NCBI GenBank assembly: GCA_021736185.1
Contig: JAIPGJ010000002.1
Span: 143 to 64,142 of the forward strand
DNA length: 64,000 nucleotides
Reading direction: 5' to 3'
Origin: Fidelibacterota bacterium
GTDB taxonomy: Bacteria > Fidelibacterota > UBA8477 > JABMPR01
The translations under genes were made by a program, and so were the position numbers. The notes below the pieces were generated by a model. The model was not told where the DNA came from, did no database searches, and worked only from the letters and a program-made list of their open reading frames with translations. This document shows positions 9,903 through 18,678 of this stretch, one piece after another. Position 1 is the stretch's first letter. Each line of letters starts with the position of its first letter.

Positions 9903-11738
9903 ATGATTCTTCGACATCCCACATTTATTACATTCATATCTACACTGCTGATTAGCTTCAGTCTCACAGCTCAATCCTTTATAAACCTGCCGCTTGACTC
10001 GGTTTCATTTGGCCTCTTTGTGGTTGATTATCAATCAAAAACCTTTGAGCAGGGGACTATTCTCAATTATCCAGGCTGTTTGGAAGTGGATACGGTTCAG
10101 CTGCCCCTGGAACTGGAGGTCCAGCCTGCCGGGGATTTTGGCTATACCATCATGACCTATCCCTGTACCGGCGATACTGTTTTTTATGGCAGCTATATCT
10201 GGATGGGACAGGGAGAGATTTTTCAACCCCGTCGCTTTTTAGCGGCTGATTCCTTTGGGGTGCGTGAAGACTCCCTTCCACCGCCACAGACCATTCAATA
10301 TTGGCGGCAGGATGGATTGGCCGTTCTGGACACCATTGAGATTCAGGCGGCGGATTCTGCCTGGAATTCCATTAAAAACCTCGATGTGGTCCATCAATTT
10401 GCACGCTATCCTTACCAGGTAGTCATTTATCGCTATCCACCCACACTTGGAGTCTTTGATCCCGCTGTGGCCAAGTGGATCGTCTTTTTGTATCGTAATC
10501 CGACCTCACCCCTTATCCGCTATGAAGGTCCCGCCTTCTCATTGAGTTTCAACAATCCAGAGCTGGAATTTCCGGTGGTGGTGGACACCAAGCCTCGGAC
10601 CTATCATATCGCTGCAGACCTATTGAATCTGCTGGGTGAAAATGCACCCAACGAATGGACCTTTTCCTCAACCCATCAATCAGAGCACACCCTATCCTTT
10701 GGTTTTGATGCTTTTGTCTTTGGACCCGGAGATACCATAAATTGGAGTGATACGGCCTCCTATGATGTAGCAAGCCTTGACACCTCAGATCATATCTGGC
10801 AGGGATTTACTTACCTGGATATTTACCCTCCGACATTCGTTGATGCGAATACGGGTAATCCATCAGGCTTTGTTATTCGTACCAATAATTCACCAGAGCA
10901 GTTAACCATCGAGGACACCTTATCTTTTGCAATAAGCGGCCACGCCAGATCTGATCTGAGGCAATTCTATCCTCTCGCCCTGGGGAATAAGTGGAAATGG
11001 GCTGAAAGCTATCATTACATCGACTCTGTGCGCACTGAAGAGGTGATTGCCGTCAACGAAAGGGGTGATTACACCGAGTATGTCATCGAACGTCGCAGCC
11101 AGGATTACCAGCTTTATGGCGGTCTGATGTCACAAGACACCCTTTACCGATACACTCATGTTCTTGATCGCGCCAACATCTATTCTGCCCCCTTTCCCGA
11201 TGCGATCAGCGTCTCTTTTTCAGATGCAAACCCAGACGAAGAAATCGAGTTTCTTTACCGATTGGTGGATGATCGTCCGGAACTTTTATTAAGAAAAGGC
11301 AATTATTTTGGCAGCACTACCTGGCGCTATGGCGTTGGACTGATGGCAGAATTCATGGATCCGGGTGCCGTTAAGAGCCTGGTTGGTTATCAGATTGATG
11401 GGGTCACCTCAGGCGATCTTGACCCCATTCCCCTGGCACTTGACGACCACCTCCTTCTGCCTGCCAGCTATCGTCTGCTGGCCTATCCCAATCCATTCAA
11501 TCCTTCGGCCACGATTCACTACACCCTGCCCCTGGCTTCCCAGGTAAAACTGACCGTCTTCAATATTTCAGGTCAAACGGTCCAAGTCATGGTCGACTCA
11601 AAACAGGAGGCCGGGTCCTATCTGGTTCACTGGAATGGATTCAACCAAAGCGGAAACCAAGTCAGTACAGGGATCTATCTGGTTCAACTTCAGACTGAAA
11701 AGTATTCCGGGGTTGTGAAACTTATCTATTTAAAATAG
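9903..11738 (+). CDS. large secreted protein of unknown function with T9SS C-terminal sorting domain
   Basis: Has a signal peptide. The C-terminus AYPNPFNPSATIHYTLP...VKLIYLK is a T9SS CTD. Confidence 0.65.
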   Translation: MILRHPTFITFISTLLISFSLTAQSFINLPLDSVSFGLFVVDYQSKTFEQGTILNYPGCLEVDTVQLPLELEVQPAGDFGYTIMTYPCTGDTVFYGSYIWMGQGEIFQPRRFLAADSFGVREDSLPPPQTIQYWRQDGLAVLDTIEIQAADSAWNSIKNLDVVHQFARYPYQVVIYRYPPTLGVFDPAVAKWIVFLYRNPTSPLIRYEGPAFSLSFNNPELEFPVVVDTKPRTYHIAADLLNLLGENAPNEWTFSSTHQSEHTLSFGFDAFVFGPGDTINWSDTASYDVASLDTSDHIWQGFTYLDIYPPTFVDANTGNPSGFVIRTNNSPEQLTIEDTLSFAISGHARSDLRQFYPLALGNKWKWAESYHYIDSVRTEEVIAVNERGDYTEYVIERRSQDYQLYGGLMSQDTLYRYTHVLDRANIYSAPFPDAISVSFSDANPDEEIEFLYRLVDDRPELLLRKGNYFGSTTWRYGVGLMAEFMDPGAVKSLVGYQIDGVTSGDLDPIPLALDDHLLLPASYRLLAYPNPFNPSATIHYTLPLASQVKLTVFNISGQTVQVMVDSKQEAGSYLVHWNGFNQSGNQVSTGIYLVQLQTEKYSGVVKLIYLK

Positions 11739-11992
11739 GGGACACAGTCTAACCAAGGCACGATCTAGCCGGAGACGGTGGAAAACAATATTTTGAGCGG
11801 AGCAACAATGTGGCTCTCTTTTTATCCCTCATCAGCAGTATATTTGACAAGGGCTTCCACGGTACGTGATTTAAACGCTTGAGTGGCGCGCCGAATCCGA
11901 AAACCAGCCAGAAGCAGCGACTGGAACAGGGCCTGGTTCATACACAACGACAGGAGAGGTTCTTATTTAATAATGGCAAAGGTGTTTTCAGT

Positions 11993-12349
11993 ATGAAGTT
12001 ACTGGTCAAAATCCTGGTTTCGGCTTTACTCATACCAGCCGCTTGTCTTCTTCTGTCTTGCGAAGAGACCCCCCTGGATTCTACCAAGGGCTATATCTCC
12101 GTGTCAGTCCTTGATAATGATTCGGAGCACACACCCGTCTTTGGTATAGAAATCACCATTATGCCAGGAGACTTTACACAGACAACGGATGAAAACGGAA
12201 AGTGCACTTTTGCTGTTGACCCCGGAGACTATGAGGTCCATACTGTGGTACCCGGTCCTGGACCGGGTCGTATTTATAATGAATCTATCAGCGTCCTCGC
12301 CGGAAGGATTTCTGAAATTACCCTGGAGGCCTGTACGGTTTGTGTGTGA
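11993..12349 (+). CDS. small lipoprotein with carboxypeptidase-regulatory-like/Ig-like beta domain
   Basis: ATG at 11993 gives MKLLVKILVSALLIPAACLLLSC (lipobox). The motif VSVLD....P..G..I...PG......TDENGKC.F.V.PGDYEV is typical of CarboxypepD_reg-like domains. Confidence 0.55.
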   Translation: MKLLVKILVSALLIPAACLLLSCEETPLDSTKGYISVSVLDNDSEHTPVFGIEITIMPGDFTQTTDENGKCTFAVDPGDYEVHTVVPGPGPGRIYNESISVLAGRISEITLEACTVCV

Positions 12350-13108
12350 CTAGCGATTACCGCGGTAGTTTGAGTCTCTTGCTTTGACATAAATTAGTTT
12401 GAAACGTCCCGTGGGACTTTCACGCATATCAATATCAAAGGCTCCTGTTGATTTGATCAGAGGTGTCAGTTTTTGAAAACCATAATTTCTGGCATCGAAA
12501 TTGGGCTGCTTCTTTTGCAGCAGGTTACCCACATCACCGAGAAAGGCCCAGCCATCATCATCCGCCAAATCGGAGACCGTGGAGGAAATCAACTTGATGA
12601 CCTGGGGCGTGACCTTATCAAGATCCTTGGTCCGCGGTTTTTTATCTGTTGTGATTTCTGACTCGTTTTCTTCAGCCATGTTTTTTAGAATTTCGATATA
12701 GATAAACTTATCGCAAGCCACAATAAAGGGCTCCGGTGTTTTCTTCTCGCCAATACCAAAAACCTTCATGCCAGCCTCCCGAAGGCGGGTGGCCAGGCGG
12801 GTAAAGTCGCTGTCGCTGGAAACCAGGCAAAAACCGGTGACCTTCTCTGAGTACAAGATGTCCATGGCATCAATAATCATGGCCGAGTCGGTAGCGTTTT
12901 TTCCTGTAGTATAGCCATACTGCTGGACCGGCGTGATGGCATTGGTCAGGAGAATGTTTTTCCATTTGGAGAGATTGGGTTTGGTCCAGTCTCCATAAAT
13001 TCGCTTTATGGTTGGGTTACCATACTTGGCAATTTCTTCCATCATCTCTTTTACGTGGGCAGATGGAATATTATCCCCATCGATCAATACGGCGATATTT
13101 AAATCCAT
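12350..13108 (-). CDS. NYN (LabA-like PIN-type nuclease) domain protein with C-terminal OST-HTH/LOTUS domain
   Basis: N-terminal region IAVLIDGDNIP...IYGDW...SDSDFTRLATRLREAGMKVFGIG is an NYN signature. The C-terminal roughly 70 aa (ADDDGWAFLGDVGNLLQKKQPNFDARNYGFQKL) look like LOTUS. Confidence 0.8.
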   Translation of the reverse strand: MDLNIAVLIDGDNIPSAHVKEMMEEIAKYGNPTIKRIYGDWTKPNLSKWKNILLTNAITPVQQYGYTTGKNATDSAMIIDAMDILYSEKVTGFCLVSSDSDFTRLATRLREAGMKVFGIGEKKTPEPFIVACDKFIYIEILKNMAEENESEITTDKKPRTKDLDKVTPQVIKLISSTVSDLADDDGWAFLGDVGNLLQKKQPNFDARNYGFQKLTPLIKSTGAFDIDMRESPTGRFKLIYVKARDSNYRGNR

Positions 13109-13221
13109 AGCACGCCTCCTGTCTGGTTATTTATTTTTTTAAACGCGTGGTGTACCTTTGATATTAACCGAACGCAGGTCAAATAGAGCAACTATTTCAC
13201 CAGCGAACACCCGGGAGTCCA

Positions 13222-14160
13222 TCAGGGCAGATTGCCATAGGCCATGACCGCCGAGCCCGGAAAGGACAGGGCGCTGTCTGAATAGCCAATGACGATGCCA
13301 TCTGACAGGGCGGCGATGGTTTCAATCTGTTTGCCAAAAGCATTATACACTTTGGCTATTTTTTGTCCCTTCACCACCAGCTCTCCCGGCTCGCGGACAA
13401 ATCGAATGATCCCACTGGTTGAGCTTAAGGGCAAACAGGAATAGATCAGGGTTTTATCCCGGACTTTTTCTGGCAAAGGATACTGATACAGGGGTCCCTC
13501 ATCTTCTACCATTTCCTGGTTACGCAAAATGTTCCACAGCGCCTGAAGTCCGATTTCAATATTCTTCTCATTGATGGTCATGGATTCTCCCATCTCCAGA
13601 ACCAGTGCCGGAATACCTTCCTGAATCAGGTTGAAAGTCAGGGATGAATGAATTTTCTCCGTATCCACAATCTGCAATAACCCGGTCATCTGGGCCAGCT
13701 GCTCCACCATATGGTCCACACTTTTATAGCTGGCGGGGTCCAGCAGGGCATAGGGGATGGATTTATTCCAGTCATTGTGAAGATCCACCACCATGGATGG
13801 TTTGGAGTTGAGAATTTCTTTGAAGATTTTTGAGGCGATGCGTTCTGCCAGGGTTCCCATTTCGTGCCCGGGGAAGGATCGGTTCAAATCCTCTTCGGAA
13901 ATAATATTACGGGTACTGGTTTCAAACCCGAAGGGATTCATCAGGGGAAATGCCATCACCCGGCCGCGGATCAGTCTTTTTTGCAGCTTTTTAAACAGCT
14001 CGTGAATGATGACGGTGCCACCAATTTCATCCCCATGCATACAGCCGGTGAACCAGACCAGGGGACCGGGTTTTTCACTATCCAGATCCATGGTGGGTAT
14101 ACGGCGTTTGGAGAGGTCTGAGCCCGTCAATATTTTGAGAAAAGAGTAATGCTTTTTCAT
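13222..14160 (-). CDS. succinylglutamate desuccinylase/aspartoacylase (M14-like zinc deacylase) family protein
   Basis: Zinc motif GCMHGDEIGG followed by a later ...DLHND... motif. ATG 14160 preferred; GTG 14211 would overlap the upstream gene. Confidence 0.75.
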   Translation of the reverse strand: MKKHYSFLKILTGSDLSKRRIPTMDLDSEKPGPLVWFTGCMHGDEIGGTVIIHELFKKLQKRLIRGRVMAFPLMNPFGFETSTRNIISEEDLNRSFPGHEMGTLAERIASKIFKEILNSKPSMVVDLHNDWNKSIPYALLDPASYKSVDHMVEQLAQMTGLLQIVDTEKIHSSLTFNLIQEGIPALVLEMGESMTINEKNIEIGLQALWNILRNQEMVEDEGPLYQYPLPEKVRDKTLIYSCLPLSSTSGIIRFVREPGELVVKGQKIAKVYNAFGKQIETIAALSDGIVIGYSDSALSFPGSAVMAYGNLP

Positions 14161-14197
14161 TTGTGAAGTTTCCAGTCGGTTCAGTAGCTTGCTTGTT

Positions 14198-15157
14198 TTA
14201 AACGGCAGCACCCTGTATGAGAATCACCATATATCCAAGAAAAGCGGCGAAGAGAATACCCGCTTCCCAACGATCCAGCTTCCATTTTTCTCCCGTGAAC
14301 ATGGCGATGAACAAGAAGACGGTGCCCAGGATGAGCACAAGCATATCCCGGTTAAAAAGGTGATCATAAGCGATGGGGCGCAAGATTGAACTGACACCCA
14401 GAATTAAAAATATATTGAAGATGTTAGAGCCAATGATATTGCCCACAGCAATGTCATTATTCTTCTTAAGGGCCGCCACAACTGAGGTTGCCAATTCTGG
14501 CAGTGAAGTCCCTGCGGCAACAATGGTGAGCCCAATGAGCTTTTCACTCATGTTCATGATCCGGGCCAGAGCCACCGCATTGCTAACCAGAATTTGACCT
14601 CCCACCGTCAAGCCAGTCAGACCAGCCAGGATGAGCAACCATGTTTTGGTGTTGGATAAACTGGTTTCCGTCGTTGCTTCTTTAACGGAGTCCTTTTGTA
14701 ACTGTTTGTAAATATAAAGCATGAAGCCAACAAAGAAGCCCAGGAGGATCAGTCCGTCCAGGCGTGACAAGCCGGGGTCATTGGACAGAAAGGCGACATT
14801 GGTCAAAACCATCAGAATCAACACCGCCAGAAGAGAGAATGGAATCTCTTTCCAGACCGTGGTAGACTGAACGGCCAGGGGACTGATCAGGCCGGCGAGA
14901 CCCAGGATCATAAATAAATTGAAGATGTTGCTACCCAGAATATTCCCAAAGACCATATCGTGATGATCCAGGATGGCGGAATAAACATTGACAATCAACT
15001 CCGGAGCAGAGGTCCCAAAAGCAACGATGGTCAGCCCGATGGTGAGGTCGGATACGCGTTGTTTCCGGGCAAGCTCAGTCGCGCCGCTTACCAGCCAATC
15101 CGCTCCTTTTACCAGGAGGATCAACCCTGCAATCAGCAAGGCACTATGTAAAAACAT
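14198..15157 (-). CDS. calcium/sodium:cation antiporter (CaCA family, YrbG-like)
   Basis: Two alpha-repeats, GTSAPELIV...GNILGSNIFN and GTSLPELATS...GNIIGSNIFN. Start at MFLHSALLIAG (15157) avoids overlap with the acyl-CoA dehydrogenase gene. Confidence 0.9.
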   Translation of the reverse strand: MFLHSALLIAGLILLVKGADWLVSGATELARKQRVSDLTIGLTIVAFGTSAPELIVNVYSAILDHHDMVFGNILGSNIFNLFMILGLAGLISPLAVQSTTVWKEIPFSLLAVLILMVLTNVAFLSNDPGLSRLDGLILLGFFVGFMLYIYKQLQKDSVKEATTETSLSNTKTWLLILAGLTGLTVGGQILVSNAVALARIMNMSEKLIGLTIVAAGTSLPELATSVVAALKKNNDIAVGNIIGSNIFNIFLILGVSSILRPIAYDHLFNRDMLVLILGTVFLFIAMFTGEKWKLDRWEAGILFAAFLGYMVILIQGAAV

Positions 15158-15174
15158 ATTTATCCATTTCCCAA

Positions 15175-16869
15175 TTAGTTGGCCATAACATAATCTTCTC
15201 TGGCCGCAAAAACATGATCTTCCCAAACGCGAAGAAATCGCTCAGGATTGATTGCCGGTTTTTTGATCATCATGGAACAGAGTCTCATTTGACTTCTGGT
15301 GCTGCTGGTTTTCGAATAAAGCTGTAAGGCATGGGTGGAAAAATCTCTCACCATAAAATCAAAGATTTGATCAATGATATCGTCTTCCACAGCATAGATC
15401 CGGGCATTTTCCAGGACGAGTTGACCATAGACAACCAGGGTGAAGAGCTCACCTAAAGCCATGATGAAATCAATATCCTTCGTCTGTTCCTTGTCAGGCC
15501 GGGCCACCATCAATAAGATTTTGAGCAGACGAATCTGTTTTTTGAATATCTTGACATTGGGAAGCTGGACCGACTGATAGACGGTTTTATAATCGTGAAA
15601 TTGTATTTTTCCCAATCCCCGGGCCGGTCCTTGTTTGAACAGAAAGTCATCATTGCGGGCCTGCGATTGCTGGTCCACAACAGGATAGTCTTTGGGTTTA
15701 AAGAAATAATTCGCCATAAACTTGAGTATCAGGGCAATGTTGACATGGACGGTACCCTCCAGCTTGGGAAGAGCCCGGATGTCGCGTGTCACCATGTCAA
15801 AAAAAGTGTCCTTTTCAAAGCCCTTGGCGGCAATGACATCCCACAACAGATCAATGACGGCCTCGCCCTGGGTGGTCACCTTCATTTTTACCACCGGATT
15901 ATACAGCAGATATCTTTTGTCTTCACTGGATGCAACACGCATATAGTCCGCCGCTCGCAAGGCCATCAGTTTCATGGCGACCAGGCGGGTATAGGCATCC
16001 ACAAACATGTGCTTGACGTGGGAGAAATCGGTGACATGCATCTTGTAAAGTTGCCTTTGGGAAGCGTGGTTGATAGCTTCGTAAAAGGCGTGGGTGCACA
16101 TCCCAATGGAAGCCCAGCCCAGATTGTACTTCCCAATATTGACGGTATTCAGGACGGCATCCCAGGCCGCTTGACCCTTATGAAGGATATCTTCCTCGCC
16201 AATGGGATAATCATCCAGGGTGTATTCAGCAACATAGCTTTGACTGACTACCACATTTTTAACACAGCTGTATTTTTCATGCTGATAATTGGCAACAAAG
16301 ACCACATAGTCTCCTGAGTCAGACAGCTTGCCAAAGGTGGAAACCATTTTGGCGATATTGCCATTCCCGATATAATATTTTGATCCATTGGCCAGATACG
16401 TGCCGTCTGGTTGCGGGGAAAGGGTCATTTCAGTGGAATAAATATCTGCCCCATGCTCCTTTTCTGAGAGTCCAAAGGCAAAGACTTCCCCGCTTTCAAG
16501 CAGGTCGGCAGCGCGCTGTTTGAGTGCCTCGTTGGTGGACATCCAGATGGGTCCCAGTCCCAGAATGGAAACCTGCCAGGTGTACCAATAGGCCAGGCCG
16601 TAAAAGCCTAATATTTCATTGAAATGAGCGATCTGCCAGGTATCCCAACGATAGGTTCCTTTGCCACAAGTATCTGGCGTTAAAAGGCGGGCAAAGATTT
16701 TTTCTTTTTTAATAAACTCCAGAAAGTCAGCATACCAGATGTGGTTGATGTCATCCTCTCTGATTTTTTGTAATCCTTTGGATTCAAAAAAGTTAATGGT
16801 CTTCTGGATGATCTCCTGAAAGTCCTGATCCTTATGTTTTGGTGAATAATCCGTCGGATTGAGTAGCAT
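15175..16869 (-). CDS. acyl-CoA dehydrogenase family protein (long, about 560-aa type)
   Basis: Domain order and blocks such as FAFGLSEKEHGADIYS, GSKYYIGNGN and the C-terminal helical domain resemble ACAD-fold proteins. Confidence 0.7.
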   Translation of the reverse strand: MLLNPTDYSPKHKDQDFQEIIQKTINFFESKGLQKIREDDINHIWYADFLEFIKKEKIFARLLTPDTCGKGTYRWDTWQIAHFNEILGFYGLAYWYTWQVSILGLGPIWMSTNEALKQRAADLLESGEVFAFGLSEKEHGADIYSTEMTLSPQPDGTYLANGSKYYIGNGNIAKMVSTFGKLSDSGDYVVFVANYQHEKYSCVKNVVVSQSYVAEYTLDDYPIGEEDILHKGQAAWDAVLNTVNIGKYNLGWASIGMCTHAFYEAINHASQRQLYKMHVTDFSHVKHMFVDAYTRLVAMKLMALRAADYMRVASSEDKRYLLYNPVVKMKVTTQGEAVIDLLWDVIAAKGFEKDTFFDMVTRDIRALPKLEGTVHVNIALILKFMANYFFKPKDYPVVDQQSQARNDDFLFKQGPARGLGKIQFHDYKTVYQSVQLPNVKIFKKQIRLLKILLMVARPDKEQTKDIDFIMALGELFTLVVYGQLVLENARIYAVEDDIIDQIFDFMVRDFSTHALQLYSKTSSTRSQMRLCSMMIKKPAINPERFLRVWEDHVFAAREDYVMAN

Positions 16870-17172
16870 GATTCCCCCTTTTAGAATAACTAGTGTCTGT
16901 CCACAAAGTTAGTTGTAAACAGATGCTATTTCGTAACATTCGTTGTGAAAAAAGCTTTTAAAGACAAGCTCTAACAAGCCAATATTCTCAATGTTTCGCT
17001 TTCTCAAGCACATTTGATCGTAAGATACATTAAAGGCTTGGGAGGTACCAATCTTTTGGGCGTTAGGTCGCAGGGGAATCCCTTCCGGTCTGCGCGAATG
17101 AACCCTTCAGCTGCGCTCAGGAAAGACTCAGTGACTGACATGATCTCGACCTGTCAGTTACCCCGGAAGTCA

Positions 17173-17225
17173 GAGATTGCTTCGCGGAGCCTGTACTGAG
17201 CTTGCCGAAGTGCTCGCAATGACAG
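17173..17225 (+). repeat. intergenic repeat unit GAGATTGC...CTCGCAATGACAG (family A, single long copy)
   Basis: Shares both termini with the copies at 17990, 36073 and 40953. Confidence 0.6.
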
Positions 17226-17232
17226 ACAAGGG

Positions 17233-17838
17233 TTATTTGGTTATGACATCAAAAGAAATCGTGAAATCGTCATAGATGGTTTTGTCGCCCAGTTCCTCAA
17301 AGAACTTCCCGGACCTGTATCTGATATCATAAAGGGTTCGATCAACGATGATTTCTCCGGAGGCCATGGATTGATTCGCTTGAATGTCCACCCGGGCTTG
17401 AAAACTGACGGCATGAGTAATACCCTTGATGGTCAAGTCACCCTTGATATCATAGTTGGCTGCCCCTGGTTTGGGGTTCTTCAGGGCGGTGGCCGAACTG
17501 ATCTCAAAAACGGCCAGCGGGAATTTATCAACAGAGAAGAAGTCATCACTTTTCAAATGGTCCAACAGCTTGGTATTCCATTTCCCCTCTTCAATATCAA
17601 GGACTTTGATGGTGGACATATCGAAGACGAAACGTCCGCCCACCAGGGTCTGTTTCTGGATATCCACAGAAGCCTCTTTGAGCATGAGGCTCCCATTGTG
17701 TTGGCCCGTCACTTTTTTGGCCAGCCATTCCACACTGCTTTTGTTTACGTCAATGGGGGTATTGGCTTTGATTGGTTGCGCGACCATGAACAACAGGGCC
17801 GTGAAGATGATGGGTGAAAAACTTTTTATGCTTCGCAT
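17233..17838 (-). CDS. YceI family periplasmic polyisoprenoid-binding protein
   Basis: Signal peptide plus the YceI signature ...DIKGDLTIKGITHAVSFQARVD... Confidence 0.85.
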   Translation of the reverse strand: MRSIKSFSPIIFTALLFMVAQPIKANTPIDVNKSSVEWLAKKVTGQHNGSLMLKEASVDIQKQTLVGGRFVFDMSTIKVLDIEEGKWNTKLLDHLKSDDFFSVDKFPLAVFEISSATALKNPKPGAANYDIKGDLTIKGITHAVSFQARVDIQANQSMASGEIIVDRTLYDIRYRSGKFFEELGDKTIYDDFTISFDVITK

Positions 17839-17937
17839 GGTATTAGTATTCCTTTGATCTTAAAAATGGTTGATGGGTATGGACCAAGCCAGGATTCGTT
17901 CAAGCTTCGTTATGATCGGTTGGGTTGTCGCCAAACG

Positions 17938-18027
17938 CCTTCGCGAGCGGAGCGCGGCGATCTCCAACCATCCTTTATCCAGGAAGTTGGAGATTGCCAC
18001 GGTCGTTACCCGACCTCGCAATGACAG
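17938..18027. repeat. inverted pair of family A repeat units (BIME-like)
   Basis: 17938-17964 ..TTCGCGAGCGGAGCGCGGCGATCTC faces 17990-18027 GAGATTGCCACGGTCGTTACCCGACCTCGCAATGACAG. Confidence 0.6.
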
Positions 18028-18076
18028 GTCCAAGTAACCCGACAGGCTTAACATGATGACAGGGGATAATCTCCTG

Positions 18077-18592
18077 CTAGTCCTTGGTAGGTGTTGCCAT
18101 CGCTGCGAAATCAGCCAGAATTTCAGGTCCATGTCCTGTGGGTGTCACATTTTCATAGATTTTCCGGATAATCCCAGCCTCATCGATGAGATAGGTTTTG
18201 CGTGAAGGCATAAAAATCCCATCTGCTCCAAAAGCCTTGGCCACAGATTTATCAGAATCACTCAAAAGCGTGAAAGGAAGGTCATATTTCTCAGCAAATG
18301 CTTTATGGCTTTTGATATCATCATAACTCACCCCAAACACCTTGATGCCGTTCTTTTCAAACAGACTGTAATCATCTCGGATGGAGCAGGCTTCTTTGGT
18401 ACATCCCGGCGTGTCATCCTTGGGATAAAAATAGACTACCACCTTCTGCCCTTGGTATTCTGACAGGGTGTGGGATTTCCCGTCCTGATCAGCCATGGTA
18501 AAATCTGGAGCAAGCTCCCCCAGCAGGGACGCTCCCTGGGCACCCAGGGCCAATCCAAAAAACATGAGTCCAGCCATTAGTATTTCATTCAT
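18077..18592 (-). CDS. bcp: thiol peroxidase / peroxiredoxin, Bcp type, exported
   Basis: The motif FYPKDDTPGCTKEACSIRD is the Bcp/PrxQ active site. An N-terminal signal sequence is present. Confidence 0.9.
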   Translation of the reverse strand: MNEILMAGLMFFGLALGAQGASLLGELAPDFTMADQDGKSHTLSEYQGQKVVVYFYPKDDTPGCTKEACSIRDDYSLFEKNGIKVFGVSYDDIKSHKAFAEKYDLPFTLLSDSDKSVAKAFGADGIFMPSRKTYLIDEAGIIRKIYENVTPTGHGPEILADFAAMATPTKD

Positions 18593-18678
18593 TTTATCTG
18601 TATCCTTTTATTAATAATCCATCTTGGTTTGAACCATAAAGAGGGGGGTGGTTACGTCCTCATTTGATTCATCGGTAA

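Noticed and set aside
15595-16317. A long (240-aa) plus-strand ORF antisense to the acyl-CoA dehydrogenase gene.
   Set aside because: It lies entirely within a well-supported minus-strand gene, and its product is low-complexity with no motifs. The same applies to the other antisense ORFs, which are shadows of the real genes: 8847..9407, 17371..17817, 40024..40830, 43716..44141, 60363..60929 and 63436..63993.
17860-18132. A 90-aa minus-strand ORF between the yceI and bcp genes.
   Set aside because: Its sequence (..VTTVAISNF...EIAALRSRRR..) is simply the translation of the family A repeat pair, so it is not a gene.
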